A stretch of DNA of 24,000 nt, taken from assembly GCA_963778385.1 (NCBI GenBank), contig CAVZUA010000011.1:208806-232805 (forward strand), given 5' to 3'. Origin of the DNA: an uncultured Alphaproteobacteria bacterium (GTDB lineage: Bacteria > Pseudomonadota > Alphaproteobacteria > ATCC43930 > CGMCC-115725). The notes below the pieces were generated by a model, which ran no database searches, had not been told where the DNA came from, and saw only the letters and a list, made by a program, of their open reading frames with translations. This document shows, piece after piece, positions 1-8,169 of this stretch. Both the position numbers and the translations under genes were made by a program. How positions within the stretch are numbered: the stretch's first letter is position 1; every line of letters begins with the position of its first letter.

Positions 1-1
1 G

Positions 2-376
2 ATCCGGGCGATGGACCCGCTGCTGCGCGCCGCCGAGCACGGCCGGGCGATCTTTGTCACCAGCGGCATCGCCCGCGCGCCGCGCGCCTATTGGGGGCCC
101 TATGCGGTCAGCAAGGCGGGGCTTGAAGCGCTGGTGAAGACTTATGCGGCAGAGATCGAGAAGACGCGTGTCCGCGCCAACCTGATTGGCCCCGGCGTCA
201 TCCGCACGCGCCTGCGCGCACGAGTCTTTCCCGGCGAGGACCCGATGACCCTGCCGCCGCCGGAAAGCGTCGTCGAGGCGTTTGTCCAACTCGCGCTTCC
301 CGACTGCGAGCGCAACGGCGAGGTCGTCAACGCGGGCGACCTCATCGATACGGAGTTGCAGGTCAAGAGCTCATAA
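2..376 (+). CDS. SDR-family oxidoreductase, C-terminal part (5' end lies outside the window)
   Basis: The frame of ORF 11..376 stays open to the window edge. The catalytic YxxxK motif is visible (PYAVSKAG), followed by an SDR-like IGPGVIRT segment. Confidence 0.8.
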   Translation: MRAMDPLLRAAEHGRAIFVTSGIARAPRAYWGPYAVSKAGLEALVKTYAAEIEKTRVRANLIGPGVIRTRLRARVFPGEDPMTLPPPESVVEAFVQLALPDCERNGEVVNAGDLIDTELQVKSS

Positions 377-394
377 GCTCCGGGGGCGGGAGGG

Positions 395-399
395 GGAGG
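395..399 (+). promoter_or_regulatory. Shine-Dalgarno GGAGG for the GST gene
   Basis: GGAGG lies 7 nt upstream of the ATG at 407. Confidence 0.5.
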
Positions 400-406
400 G
401 ATCACG

Positions 407-1042
407 ATGCTGATGCTCTATGGCGACCTCGACTCCGGCAATGTCTACAAGGTGCGGCTGATCCTGGCGCATTGTGGCATTGCGTATCGCCGCATCGACA
501 CCACGCAGGGCCGCGGCGAACCGCAAAGCCCCGAATTCCGTGCGATCAATCCGATCGGCAAAATCCCGACGCTGGTGTTCGACGACGGCCGCATGCTGTC
601 GAAGTCGGGGGCCATCCTCTATTACTTCGCTCGCGATACGGCGCTCTTCCCGGACGACGTCTGGGAGCAAGCGGAGGTGCTGCGCTGGATGTTCTTCGAA
701 CAGTACAGCCACGAGCCTTATATCGCGGTGAACCGGCATCTCCTGAAGCATCCAGGGATCGCCGGGGCCGCTGAGCGCATCGCCGCCAACCATCCGCGCG
801 GCCTGCAGGCGCTTGCCGTGATGGAACGGCATCTCGCCTCGACCGAATGGCTTGCCGCCGGCCGCTACACGATCGCCGACATCGCGCTCTACGCATACAC
901 GCACACAGCAGCGGAAGGCGGCTTTGACCTGGCCGCTTATTCCGGTATCCGGCGATGGCTCGACCGCGTGCGCGCGCAACCCGCTCATATCCCGCAGATG
1001 CGGGAGGAGGCTGGGGTGCCGGTCGTCAGCTGGCCGGGATAA
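407..1042 (+). CDS. glutathione S-transferase family protein
   Basis: 211-aa ORF. The N-terminal thioredoxin-like GST segment is present (IGKIPTLVFDDGRMLSKSGAILYYF), followed by a helical C-terminal domain. An SD sits upstream. Confidence 0.8.
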   Translation: MLMLYGDLDSGNVYKVRLILAHCGIAYRRIDTTQGRGEPQSPEFRAINPIGKIPTLVFDDGRMLSKSGAILYYFARDTALFPDDVWEQAEVLRWMFFEQYSHEPYIAVNRHLLKHPGIAGAAERIAANHPRGLQALAVMERHLASTEWLAAGRYTIADIALYAYTHTAAEGGFDLAAYSGIRRWLDRVRAQPAHIPQMREEAGVPVVSWPG

Positions 1043-1043
1043 C

Positions 1044-1123
1044 GTAGGGTGGAAAAGCGCAGCGTCTTCCGCCAGTTGCCGAGGCAGCCGTTAGGCGGAT
1101 GACGCTGCGCTCATCCGCCCTAC
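1044..1123. repeat. 80-bp imperfect palindromic element between the convergent GST and grxD genes
   Basis: GTAGGGTGGAAAAGCGCAGCGTCTTCCGCC ... GGCGGATGACGCTGCGCTCATCCGCCCTAC. The arms are near reverse complements of each other. Confidence 0.6.
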
Positions 1124-1137
1124 GGGACCACCCAACG

Positions 1138-1470
1138 TCAGGCGCGGACGGGGACGCCCTTTTCCTCGAACATCTGCTGCAGTTCGCCGGTCTCGAACAT
1201 TTCGCGGATGATGTCGCAGCCGCCGATGAACTCGCCCTTCACATAGAGCTGCGGGACGGTCGGCCAGGAGGAAAATTCCTTGATGCCCTCGCGCACCGAC
1301 ATGTCGGCGAGCACATCGACGCCTTTGAACTTGACCCCCACATGGCTGAGAATCTGGACCACTGTCGCCGAGAAACCGCATTGCGGGAAGACCGGCGTGC
1401 CCTTCATGAACAGCACGACGGGGTTCTCGGTGACTTGCTGGCGGATGCGATCGTGGGTGGTCGTGTCCAT
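1138..1470 (-). CDS. grxD: Grx4-family monothiol glutaredoxin
   Basis: CGFS active site (PQCGFS) and the WPTVPQLYVKGEFIGGCDI motif. I chose the ATG at 1470 (MDTTTHDRI...). The 116 upstream codons of ORF 1138..1818 are Arg/Ala-rich, overlap bolA, and look non-coding. Confidence 0.9.
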   Translation of the reverse strand: MDTTTHDRIRQQVTENPVVLFMKGTPVFPQCGFSATVVQILSHVGVKFKGVDVLADMSVREGIKEFSSWPTVPQLYVKGEFIGGCDIIREMFETGELQQMFEEKGVPVRA

Positions 1471-1508
1471 GTGATCCTCTTGTGCTGAGAAGCGGGTTGA
1501 TTGGCGGG

Positions 1509-1745
1509 TTAGTCTTGCGGCGCGCTGGTTTGCAGCGCCAACGCGTGAAGCTCGCTGCCCATCCGGCCGCGCAGGGCCTGATAGACCATCTGGTGCTGTT
1601 GCACGCGGCTCTTGCCGCGAAACGCTTCGGAAACGACGGTCGCGGCGTAATGGTCGCCGTCGCCGCGCAAATCCTCGATCGAGACCTGCGCTCCCGGCAG
1701 CCCCTCCTTGATGAGACGCTCGATCGTCGCCGCGTCCATCGCCAT
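1509..1745 (-). CDS. bolA: BolA-family protein
   Basis: 78-aa ORF with a BolA-like core (HYAATVVSEAFRGKSRVQQHQMVYQAL). It sits directly upstream of grxD, which is the classical BolA-Grx pairing. Confidence 0.85.
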   Translation of the reverse strand: MAMDAATIERLIKEGLPGAQVSIEDLRGDGDHYAATVVSEAFRGKSRVQQHQMVYQALRGRMGSELHALALQTSAPQD

Positions 1746-1774
1746 GCGTCGATCTCCTCGTGATTCCCTTGGGA

Positions 1775-3988
1775 CTAGCCGCCCGCCATATAGGCCGGCA
1801 GCCAGGATTCGTGAGCAACCTTCAACTCGCCCACCGATATGGCACCGCCGTCCGAGAGTGTCAACGCGTCGCCCCCCACCGTGCCGATGCTTTGTGCGTA
1901 TATACCCGCATTTTTTGCTGCAACCAAGATTTGTTGCGAGGCAGCGGTTTCGATCAAGTAGCGGCCTTGGTCCTCACCGAAAAGTGCCGCATTGGTTTGG
2001 CCGAGGTTCGCCAGACGCACGCCCCTGTCGCCGGCCATCGCCATCTCGGCGATCGCGACGAGCAGGCCGCCATCGCTGACATCGTGGCAGCCGGCGACAT
2101 GGCCTGCCGCGATCTGGTCGCGGACAAAATCCCCGTGGCGGCGCTCGGCGGCGAGATCGACGGGTGGCGGCGCGCCGTCCTCGCGGCCCTCGATTTCGCG
2201 CAAATAGAGCGAGGCACCGAGATGGCCCCCTTGGGCATTGGCTGTCGCGCCGATCAGGACCAGCGCATGGCCGTCGCGCTTCAGCGCCAGATCGACCGCC
2301 TTTGCGGCGTCGGCGATCAGCCCGACGCCGCCGATCACCGGCGCCGGCCAGATCGCGCTGCCGCTGGTCTCGTTGTAGAGCGAGACATTGCCCGAGACGA
2401 CCGGGTAGTCGAGAGCCAGGCATGCAGCGCGCATGCCGGCGCAGGCGCCGGCGAATTCGGCCATGATCTCGGGCTTTTCGGGGTTGCCGAAATTCATGTT
2501 GTCGGTCAGCGCCAAGGGCAGCGCGCCGACGGTGCAGAGATTGCGCCAGCTCTCCGCCACCGCCTGCATGCCGCCGCGTTCGGGGTCCGCATGGCAATAG
2601 CGCGGGGTGCAGTCGGTGCACAGCGCCAGTGCCTTGCCGGCGTCGTTGATGCGGACCACGGCGGCGTCGCCGCCGGGCCGCTTGACGGTGTTGCCCATGA
2701 CCAGATGGTCGTACTGCTCCCAGACCCAGCGCTTCGAGGCGAGATCGGGGCAGGCGATCAGTTTTTTGAGGCATTCGAGCGGATCGCGGGCGGGGAGGGC
2801 GTCGGCGTCGATATCGGCGGGTCTGGGGCGCGGCTGCGTCGGGCGGTGGTAGAGCGGCGCCTCGGTGACCAGCGGGCCGACCGGGATATCGGCGGCAACC
2901 TCGCCATGCATCGTGAGGATCAGCCGGCCGGTGTCGGTCACATGGCCGATCACCGCGAAATCGAGCTCCCATTTCTCGAAGACGCGGCGTGCCGCGTTTT
3001 CGCTGCCGGGGCGCAGCACCATCAGCATGCGCTCCTGGCTTTCGCTCAGCATGATCTCGTAGGGGATCATGCCGGTCTCGCGCACCGGCACCTCGTCGAG
3101 GTCGAGGTCGATGCCGAGCCCGCCCTTGCCGGCCATCTCCACCGCCGAGGAGGTGAGGCCGGCCGCGCCCATGTCCTGGATCGCGACGATCGTGTCGCCG
3201 GCCATCAGTTCGAGGCAAGCCTCGATCAGCAGCTTCTCGGTGAACGGGTCGCCGACTTGCACGGTTGGACGCTTTTCGCCAATTCCCCCTGGGGCGGTCT
3301 CGTCGAACTCGGCCGAGGCCATCGTCGCGCCGTGGATGCCGTCGCGGCCGGTCTTGGCGCCGACGTAGATCACCGGGTTCCCGGCGCCCGACGCGGCCGA
3401 ATAGAAGATGCGGTCGGCGCGGGCGATGCCGACGCACATCGCGTTGACCAGGATGTTGCCGTTGTAGCTCGGGTGGAACTGCACCTCGCCGCCGACCGTC
3501 GGCACGCCGACGCAATTGCCGTAGCCGCCGATCCCGGCCACGACGCCGCCGACGAGGTGCCGGGTCTTGGGGTGGCTGGGGTCGCCGAAGCGCAGCGAAT
3601 TGAGCAGCGCGATTGGCCGCGCGCCCATCGTGAACACGTCGCGCAGAATGCCGCCGACCCCGGTCGCCGCACCCTGATACGGCTCGATGAACGAGGGGTG
3701 ATTATGGCTCTCGATCTTGAAGACGACCGCATCGCCGTCGCCGATATCGACGACACCGGCGTTCTCGCCCGGCCCGCAGATGACCCGCGGCCCCTCGGTG
3801 GGTAGCGTGCGGAGCCAGACTTTCGACGATTTGTACGAGCAGTGCTCGCTCCACATCGCCGAGAATACACCCAGTTCGGTCAGGTTCGGCGTGCGCCCGA
3901 GGATGCTTTCGGCGCGTGCAAATTCTTCCGCCGACAGCCCCATCTCGGCGGCGAGGGCGGGGGTGACGTTGCTCTTGCTTTCTGTCAT
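1775..3988 (-). CDS. purL: phosphoribosylformylglycinamidine synthase subunit PurL
   Basis: Motifs [10 protein letters not shown] and ESHNHPS, with full-length similarity to FGAM synthase II. I chose the ATG at 3988 ([23 protein letters not shown]). A duplicated ATG at 4006 is an alternative start. The TTG at 4084 lies inside a repeat element and was rejected. Confidence 0.93.
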   Translation of the reverse strand: MTESKSNVTPALAAEMGLSAEEFARAESILGRTPNLTELGVFSAMWSEHCSYKSSKVWLRTLPTEGPRVICGPGENAGVVDIGDGDAVVFKIESHNHPSFIEPYQGAATGVGGILRDVFTMGARPIALLNSLRFGDPSHPKTRHLVGGVVAGIGGYGNCVGVPTVGGEVQFHPSYNGNILVNAMCVGIARADRIFYSAASGAGNPVIYVGAKTGRDGIHGATMASAEFDETAPGGIGEKRPTVQVGDPFTEKLLIEACLELMAGDTIVAIQDMGAAGLTSSAVEMAGKGGLGIDLDLDEVPVRETGMIPYEIMLSESQERMLMVLRPGSENAARRVFEKWELDFAVIGHVTDTGRLILTMHGEVAADIPVGPLVTEAPLYHRPTQPRPRPADIDADALPARDPLECLKKLIACPDLASKRWVWEQYDHLVMGNTVKRPGGDAAVVRINDAGKALALCTDCTPRYCHADPERGGMQAVAESWRNLCTVGALPLALTDNMNFGNPEKPEIMAEFAGACAGMRAACLALDYPVVSGNVSLYNETSGSAIWPAPVIGGVGLIADAAKAVDLALKRDGHALVLIGATANAQGGHLGASLYLREIEGREDGAPPPVDLAAERRHGDFVRDQIAAGHVAGCHDVSDGGLLVAIAEMAMAGDRGVRLANLGQTNAALFGEDQGRYLIETAASQQILVAAKNAGIYAQSIGTVGGDALTLSDGGAISVGELKVAHESWLPAYMAGG

Positions 3989-4011
3989 TCCGGTGCTTTC
4001 TGTCATTCCGG
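3976..4011. repeat. exact 18-bp tandem duplication (tgctttctgtcattccgg x2)
   Basis: Positions 3976..3993 and 3994..4011 are identical base for base. On the minus strand this encodes [12 protein letters not shown], so the start codon is duplicated. Confidence 0.9.
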
Positions 4012-4146
4012 GATCACCCGCAGGGCGAGACCCGGAACCCATGAACACGGACCGAGATAGATTTGCGTCCAGGCCGGAGCCCAATATTGTCGGCGTCCGT
4101 GTTCATGGGTTCCGGGTTCGCTGCTGCGCAGCGCCCCGGAATGACA
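4001..4146. repeat. 146-bp composite palindromic (REP/MITE-like) element filling the purQ-purL spacer
   Basis: The outer arms TGTCATTCCGGG (4001..4012) and CCCGGAATGACA (4135..4146) are reverse complements. So are the inner arms CCCGGAACCCATGAACACGGAC (4031..4052) and GTCCGTGTTCATGGGTTCCGGG (4095..4116). Confidence 0.75.
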
Positions 4147-4153
4147 GCCGACG

Positions 4154-4843
4154 CTATTGCAGCGCACCGACGAGACCGTCGAACAGGCCTTGGCCGTCGG
4201 TGCAGCCCAGGAGTGGGTCGGTCGAGTTTTCCGGATGTGGCATCAGGCCCAGCACGGTTCGGGTCTCGTTAAAGACGCCGGCGATCGAGCGGGCGGAGCC
4301 GTTGACGTTGTCTTCCTCGGTCGATTCGCCAGAGGGGCCGCAATAGCGGAAGGCGACGCGACCCTCGCCTTCGAGGCGGTCGAGGGTCGCGGGGTCGGCG
4401 GTGTAGTTGCCTTCGCCATGCGCGACGGGCACGCGGATCGCCTGGCCGGCCTCGTAGCCGCAGGTGAACACCGTCTGCGAATTCTCGACCCGCAAATGCA
4501 CGTCGCGGCAGATAAAGCTCAGCGTCCTGTTGCGCAAGAGGGCGCCGGGCAGCATCCCGGCCTCGGTGAGCACCTGGAAGCCGTTGCAGATGCCGAGCAC
4601 CGGCACGCCCTTGACGGCGCGCGCCTTGACCTCGCGCATGATCGGCGAATGCGCCGCCATCGCACCGCAGCGCAAATAGTCGCCATAGGCAAACCCGCCG
4701 GGCAGCACGATCAGGTCGGCCTCCGGCAGTACGGTGTCGCCATGCCAGACAAGCGCCGGCTCCTTGCCACTGGCCCGCTGCAGCGCGGCGCACACATCGC
4801 GCTCGCGATTGGATCCGGGAAAGATGATGACGGCCGCCTTCAT
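4154..4843 (-). CDS. purQ: phosphoribosylformylglycinamidine synthase subunit PurQ (glutaminase)
   Basis: Nucleophile motif GICNGFQ and the C-terminal MPHPEN motif. I chose the ATG at 4843 ([12 protein letters not shown]), 13 codons inside ORF 4154..4882. Confidence 0.93.
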   Translation of the reverse strand: MKAAVIIFPGSNRERDVCAALQRASGKEPALVWHGDTVLPEADLIVLPGGFAYGDYLRCGAMAAHSPIMREVKARAVKGVPVLGICNGFQVLTEAGMLPGALLRNRTLSFICRDVHLRVENSQTVFTCGYEAGQAIRVPVAHGEGNYTADPATLDRLEGEGRVAFRYCGPSGESTEEDNVNGSARSIAGVFNETRTVLGLMPHPENSTDPLLGCTDGQGLFDGLVGALQ

Positions 4844-4882
4844 CGTACCGCTCGCAGGCGCAAGTGCCGGCCCCCACCCCAA

Positions 4883-4925
4883 CCCTCCCCCGTGGCCACG
4901 GGGGAGGGAGCGCGCCGGAGGCGCG
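4883..4925. repeat. perfect 26-bp palindrome plus an adjacent short hairpin in the purS-purQ spacer
   Basis: CCCTCCCCCGTGGCCACGGGGGAGGG (4883..4908) is its own reverse complement. CGCGCC-GGA-GGCGCG follows at 4911..4925. Confidence 0.7.
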
Positions 4926-4961
4926 GGGAGGGCGCTGGCACGAGCTTTTGGGCGGGAAGGG

Positions 4962-5201
4962 TCATTCCAGCTCGATCGCGTAGTTTTCGATGACCGGGTT
5001 GGCCAGCAGCTCCTGGCACATTTTCTCGACCTTGGCCTTTGCGGCGGCCTTGTCGCTGCCGTCCAGCTCGATCTCGATCAGCTTGCCTTGGCGCACTTCG
5101 CCGACGCCGGTGAAGCCGAGCGAGGCGAGGGCGTTGCCGATCGCCTTGCCCTGCGGGTCGAGCACGCCCGTTTTGAGGCTGACATGCACGCGGGCTTTCA
5201 T
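4962..5201 (-). CDS. purS: phosphoribosylformylglycinamidine synthase subunit PurS
   Basis: 79-aa ORF with a PurS-like sequence ([21 protein letters not shown]...ANPVIENY). It is positioned between purC and purQ. Confidence 0.9.
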   Translation of the reverse strand: MKARVHVSLKTGVLDPQGKAIGNALASLGFTGVGEVRQGKLIEIELDGSDKAAAKAKVEKMCQELLANPVIENYAIELE

Positions 5202-5211
5202 TGGCCTGCTT

Positions 5212-5970
5212 TCATTGAATCGTCCTCGGGCCTTTGAAATCGGCGGGGCCGCCTTCCGGGAGGATGCCGAGGCGGCGGGCGACTTCCTGGTACCCCTCGG
5301 CGACGCGTTCCAGATCCTCGCGGAAGCGGTCCTTGTCGAGCTTTTCCGAGGTGCGGATGTCCCATAGCCGCATGTTGTCGGGACTGATCTCGTCGGCGAC
5401 GACGATACGCATGTCCTCGTCGCTGTAGAGCCGGCCGAATTCGAGGCCGAAATCGATCAGCCGGATGCCGATGCCGAGGAAAAGGCCGGTCAGGAAGTCG
5501 TTGATCCGCAGCGAAATCTGCATGATCTCGTCGAGGTCCTGGGTGCTGGCCCAGGCGAAAGCGGTGATGTGCTCCTCGCCAACCAGCGGGTCGCCCAATT
5601 CGGCTTTCTTGTAGTGATACTCGAGGATCGAGCGCGGCAGCGGGGTGCCCTCGGCGAGACCGAGCCGCTTCGCCAGCGAGCCCGCCGCGACATTGCGCAC
5701 GACGACCCGCAGCGGGATGATCTCGACCTCGCGCACGAGCTGCTCGCGCATGTTGAGCCGGCGCACGAAGTGCGTCGGGATGCCGATCTCGGCGAGTTTC
5801 AGCATCAGGAATTCGCAGATGCGGTTGTTGAGCACGCCCTTGCCGGTGATCGTGCCGCGCTTGTGATGGTCGGCCGCGTCGTCCTTGAAATACTGCACCA
5901 GCGTGCCGGGCTCGGGGCCCTCGAACAGCACCTTGGCCGAGCCTTCATAGATCTGCCGGCGTCGCGACAT
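5212..5970 (-). CDS. purC: phosphoribosylaminoimidazole-succinocarboxamide (SAICAR) synthase
   Basis: The sequence from the ATG at 5970 ([23 protein letters not shown]...) is PurC-like over about 252 aa. The first 53 codons of ORF 5212..6129 look non-coding. Confidence 0.9.
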   Translation of the reverse strand: MSRRRQIYEGSAKVLFEGPEPGTLVQYFKDDAADHHKRGTITGKGVLNNRICEFLMLKLAEIGIPTHFVRRLNMREQLVREVEIIPLRVVVRNVAAGSLAKRLGLAEGTPLPRSILEYHYKKAELGDPLVGEEHITAFAWASTQDLDEIMQISLRINDFLTGLFLGIGIRLIDFGLEFGRLYSDEDMRIVVADEISPDNMRLWDIRTSEKLDKDRFREDLERVAEGYQEVARRLGILPEGGPADFKGPRTIQ

Positions 5971-6028
5971 CCGGGCTCCCGTGCGGAAATCACCTTTCAT
6001 ATAGCAAGCAGGATGGGGGCCAACAATG

Positions 6029-6799
6029 TCAGCGCGGCGCGGAGGCTGCGATGGTCTCGACATCCGTCCAGGCGATTTCTTCCGGCTGCCACTGGGCATA
6101 GCGAAAGCGCGGCTTTCGCTCGCCGGCATTGGGCTCGGGCAGGGCGATCAGCGCGCTCGACACCGTGCCGTAGCCATGCGGCATGCGAAAGCGCAGCGCG
6201 TTTTCCGGCGGCTCGCCCGGCGGCGATTCGCTGTTCGACAGCAGCGCCTGCCATTCGGTCCAATCGTTGGCGTCGGGATCGGGCGGCGCCGCATCGCGAA
6301 AGCGCGGCGTGGCGAGCGCGACGCGGCGGTTGTTGGGCCGGTTGAGCTCACCCGAATCGATCAGCGACAGGCCTTCGGCGATCGGCCAGGCATCGATGTT
6401 CCGGCCGTCGGCGTGGCGCAGCCAGAAGGCATCGCGGTTGTCGGCGATGATCAGGTTGAAAGTGCGGTAGGCGGCCGGGTCGAGATGCGCCAGCGCCTGG
6501 GCGGCGGCGACCGCGTCGGGGTGGTCGAGCGCCTCCAGCACCAACTCGCCGCGCGAGCGCTGGCCGGGCGCCGGGCCGAGCGAGCCGTGCCGGTTGAGGA
6601 CCGCCGCCGCGACGCCCCAATCGTTGACCCCGAGCCAGGAGCCGTGAGCCAGCCGGTCGAGCCCGGCGATGACCTCCGGGCGGTCGGGCCAATGCCGCGC
6701 CGGCGGCGAGGCCGGGCGGCCGATCATCTCGTCGCGGTTGGTGCCGATCACGACGGGCCATATATGTTCGGGACGGCGCAGGATTATTAATGTGCACAT
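6029..6799 (-). CDS. NRDE-family (TANGO2/DUF833-like) protein
   Basis: N-terminal MCT and the literal NRDE motif (VIGTNRDEM). 256 aa. Confidence 0.75.
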   Translation of the reverse strand: MCTLIILRRPEHIWPVVIGTNRDEMIGRPASPPARHWPDRPEVIAGLDRLAHGSWLGVNDWGVAAAVLNRHGSLGPAPGQRSRGELVLEALDHPDAVAAAQALAHLDPAAYRTFNLIIADNRDAFWLRHADGRNIDAWPIAEGLSLIDSGELNRPNNRRVALATPRFRDAAPPDPDANDWTEWQALLSNSESPPGEPPENALRFRMPHGYGTVSSALIALPEPNAGERKPRFRYAQWQPEEIAWTDVETIAASAPR

Positions 6800-6848
6800 C
6801 GGGCTCAGGCGCCTGTCGAGTAACGGTTGTCAGCGAACGGTGCGGGAT

Positions 6849-7166
6849 ATGACGACACTGCAGGACCGCGAAAAGGAATTCGAGACCCGCTTCAAGCACG
6901 ACCAGGAGCTGGAATTCAAGGTCAACACACGTCGCAACCGGCTCCTGGGGCTATGGGCGGCGGAGCGGATGGGAATGCCGGCCGACGATGCCGCGGCCTA
7001 TGCCAAGAGCGTCGTCGATGCGGCGTTCGCCGGCGGCGCGAAGGCCGTCATCGCCAAGGTGACCGCCGATCTCAATGCCAAGGGCGACGGCGTTACCGCC
7101 GACCAGGTGAAGTTCGAGCTCGATCATTTCGCCGTCACCGCGCGCCGGCAGATCATGGCGGCGTAG
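6849..7166 (+). CDS. DUF1476 protein, homologue of the alphaproteobacterial F1-ATPase inhibitor zeta subunit
   Basis: MTTLQDREKEFETRFKHDQELEFKVNTRRNRLLGLWAAE resembles, from memory, the N-terminal inhibitory region of the Paracoccus zeta subunit. About 105 aa from the ATG at 6849. The upstream part of ORF 6669..7166 overlaps the NRDE gene. Confidence 0.7.
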   Translation: MTTLQDREKEFETRFKHDQELEFKVNTRRNRLLGLWAAERMGMPADDAAAYAKSVVDAAFAGGAKAVIAKVTADLNAKGDGVTADQVKFELDHFAVTARRQIMAA

Positions 7167-7205
7167 ACGAGATTCCTCCAAATCGAACCACCTTACTGTC
7201 GCCTT

Positions 7206-7275
7206 GGCCGGGCTTGACCCGGCCATCCACGAATAGGCTGAAGCTGTTCGTGGACCCCCGGATCAAGTCCGGGGG
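7206..7275. repeat. 70-bp double-hairpin palindromic element between convergent genes
   Basis: GGCCGGGCTTGACCCGGCC-ATCCACGAA...TTCGTGGA-CCCCCGGATCAAGTCCGGGGG: two local hairpins flanked by a CCACGAA/TTCGTGG inverted repeat. Confidence 0.7.
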
Positions 7276-7322
7276 AGGCGAGAATTTTTAGGCGCTTCCG
7301 ATTAACCAGATTGCGCCCCTAC

Positions 7323-8168
7323 TCAGAACTCGAACGTGTCGCCGTCGTTGGACAGCGCGACCGGGCCGGGATAGTCGCGGCGCACATCGGTCTCGATTTC
7401 GGCGAGATCGTCGGACGTCGCCTGCTTGAAATGGGTGAGCACGAGCCGGTTCACCCGCGCGCGTTCGGCGATCTTGCCGGCAGTGTCGGAGCAGGCCAGC
7501 GTGTATAGACCGACGCCTTTCATGTGCGGGCTGCTCAGCGCCGATGACGGCAGATAGCAGCATTGCAGGTGCAGGTCGGCGTGCTCGGCGGCGCGCAGCA
7601 GCCCGTCGCACATCACTGCGTCGCCGCTGAAGCAGAAGGTTTTCCCTTCCGCCTCGACGCGCCACGCGAAGCAAATCCATCGCTCGGTCAATTTTGGCCC
7701 GAAGCCCAGGCCGTGGCCGTGCTCGACCTCTTCGCAGCGCGCCCGCCAGCCATCGCCCTCGACCACGGCGCCGCCGCGCAGCTCGGTGACATCGCCGCCG
7801 ATAAACGGCCCGAACGCAGTCTCGCCCTCGGTGCGGAACGCGATGTCGCGGTCATAGACCAGGCCGAGTAGCGTCTCGACGATCCCTTTCGTCCCCGGCG
7901 GTCCGTAAATTTTGAGCGGCTGGCGGCGACCCTCGATCCAGCTGGTGATCAGGTAATTCGCCAGCTCGCCGATATGGTCGACATGCAGATGCGACACAAA
8001 CAGCGGTCCGATCGCGGCGATCGGCAGATTATTGGCGGCAACGCCGCGGATCGCGCCGCGCCCGACATCGAACATCAGATGCCGGCCGGCCGCCTCCAGT
8101 ACATGACAGGCCGAGCCGCGCGCGCTGTCGAGGCGCGGCCCGCCGGTGCCGAGCGTGTGAAGCCGCAA
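7323..8168 (-). CDS. MBL-fold metallo-hydrolase
   Basis: HxHxDH motif (SHLHVDHIGE) in a 281-aa ORF. The TTG start at 8168 lies 1 nt after the upstream gene's stop. The N-terminus (M)RLHTLGTGGP is typical of the fold. Confidence 0.8.
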   Translation of the reverse strand: MRLHTLGTGGPRLDSARGSACHVLEAAGRHLMFDVGRGAIRGVAANNLPIAAIGPLFVSHLHVDHIGELANYLITSWIEGRRQPLKIYGPPGTKGIVETLLGLVYDRDIAFRTEGETAFGPFIGGDVTELRGGAVVEGDGWRARCEEVEHGHGLGFGPKLTERWICFAWRVEAEGKTFCFSGDAVMCDGLLRAAEHADLHLQCCYLPSSALSSPHMKGVGLYTLACSDTAGKIAERARVNRLVLTHFKQATSDDLAEIETDVRRDYPGPVALSNDGDTFEF

Positions 8169-8169
8169 C

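Noticed and set aside
1471-1818. Long N-terminal extensions suggested by the ORF track for grxD (to 1818), purQ (to 4882), purC (to 6129), GNAT (to 11859), the zeta-like gene (from 6669) and the HlyD-like gene (from 11878)
   Set aside because: The extensions overlap neighbouring genes or are Arg/Pro-rich. Internal ATGs give products of canonical family length and N-termini.
1760-3805. 681-aa plus-strand ORF (and nested ORFs such as 1974..3515) opposite purL
   Set aside because: It is antisense to a clearly identified purL and has Arg/Ala/Gly-rich low-complexity composition with no recognisable motifs. This is a typical stop-codon-poor antisense frame in high-GC DNA.
3842-4272. Short plus-strand ORFs 3842..4060 and 4063..4272, and the TTG-initiated N-terminal extension of purL to 4084
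   Set aside because: All are read-through of the palindromic element (peptides such as [16 protein letters not shown]), not genuine coding sequence.
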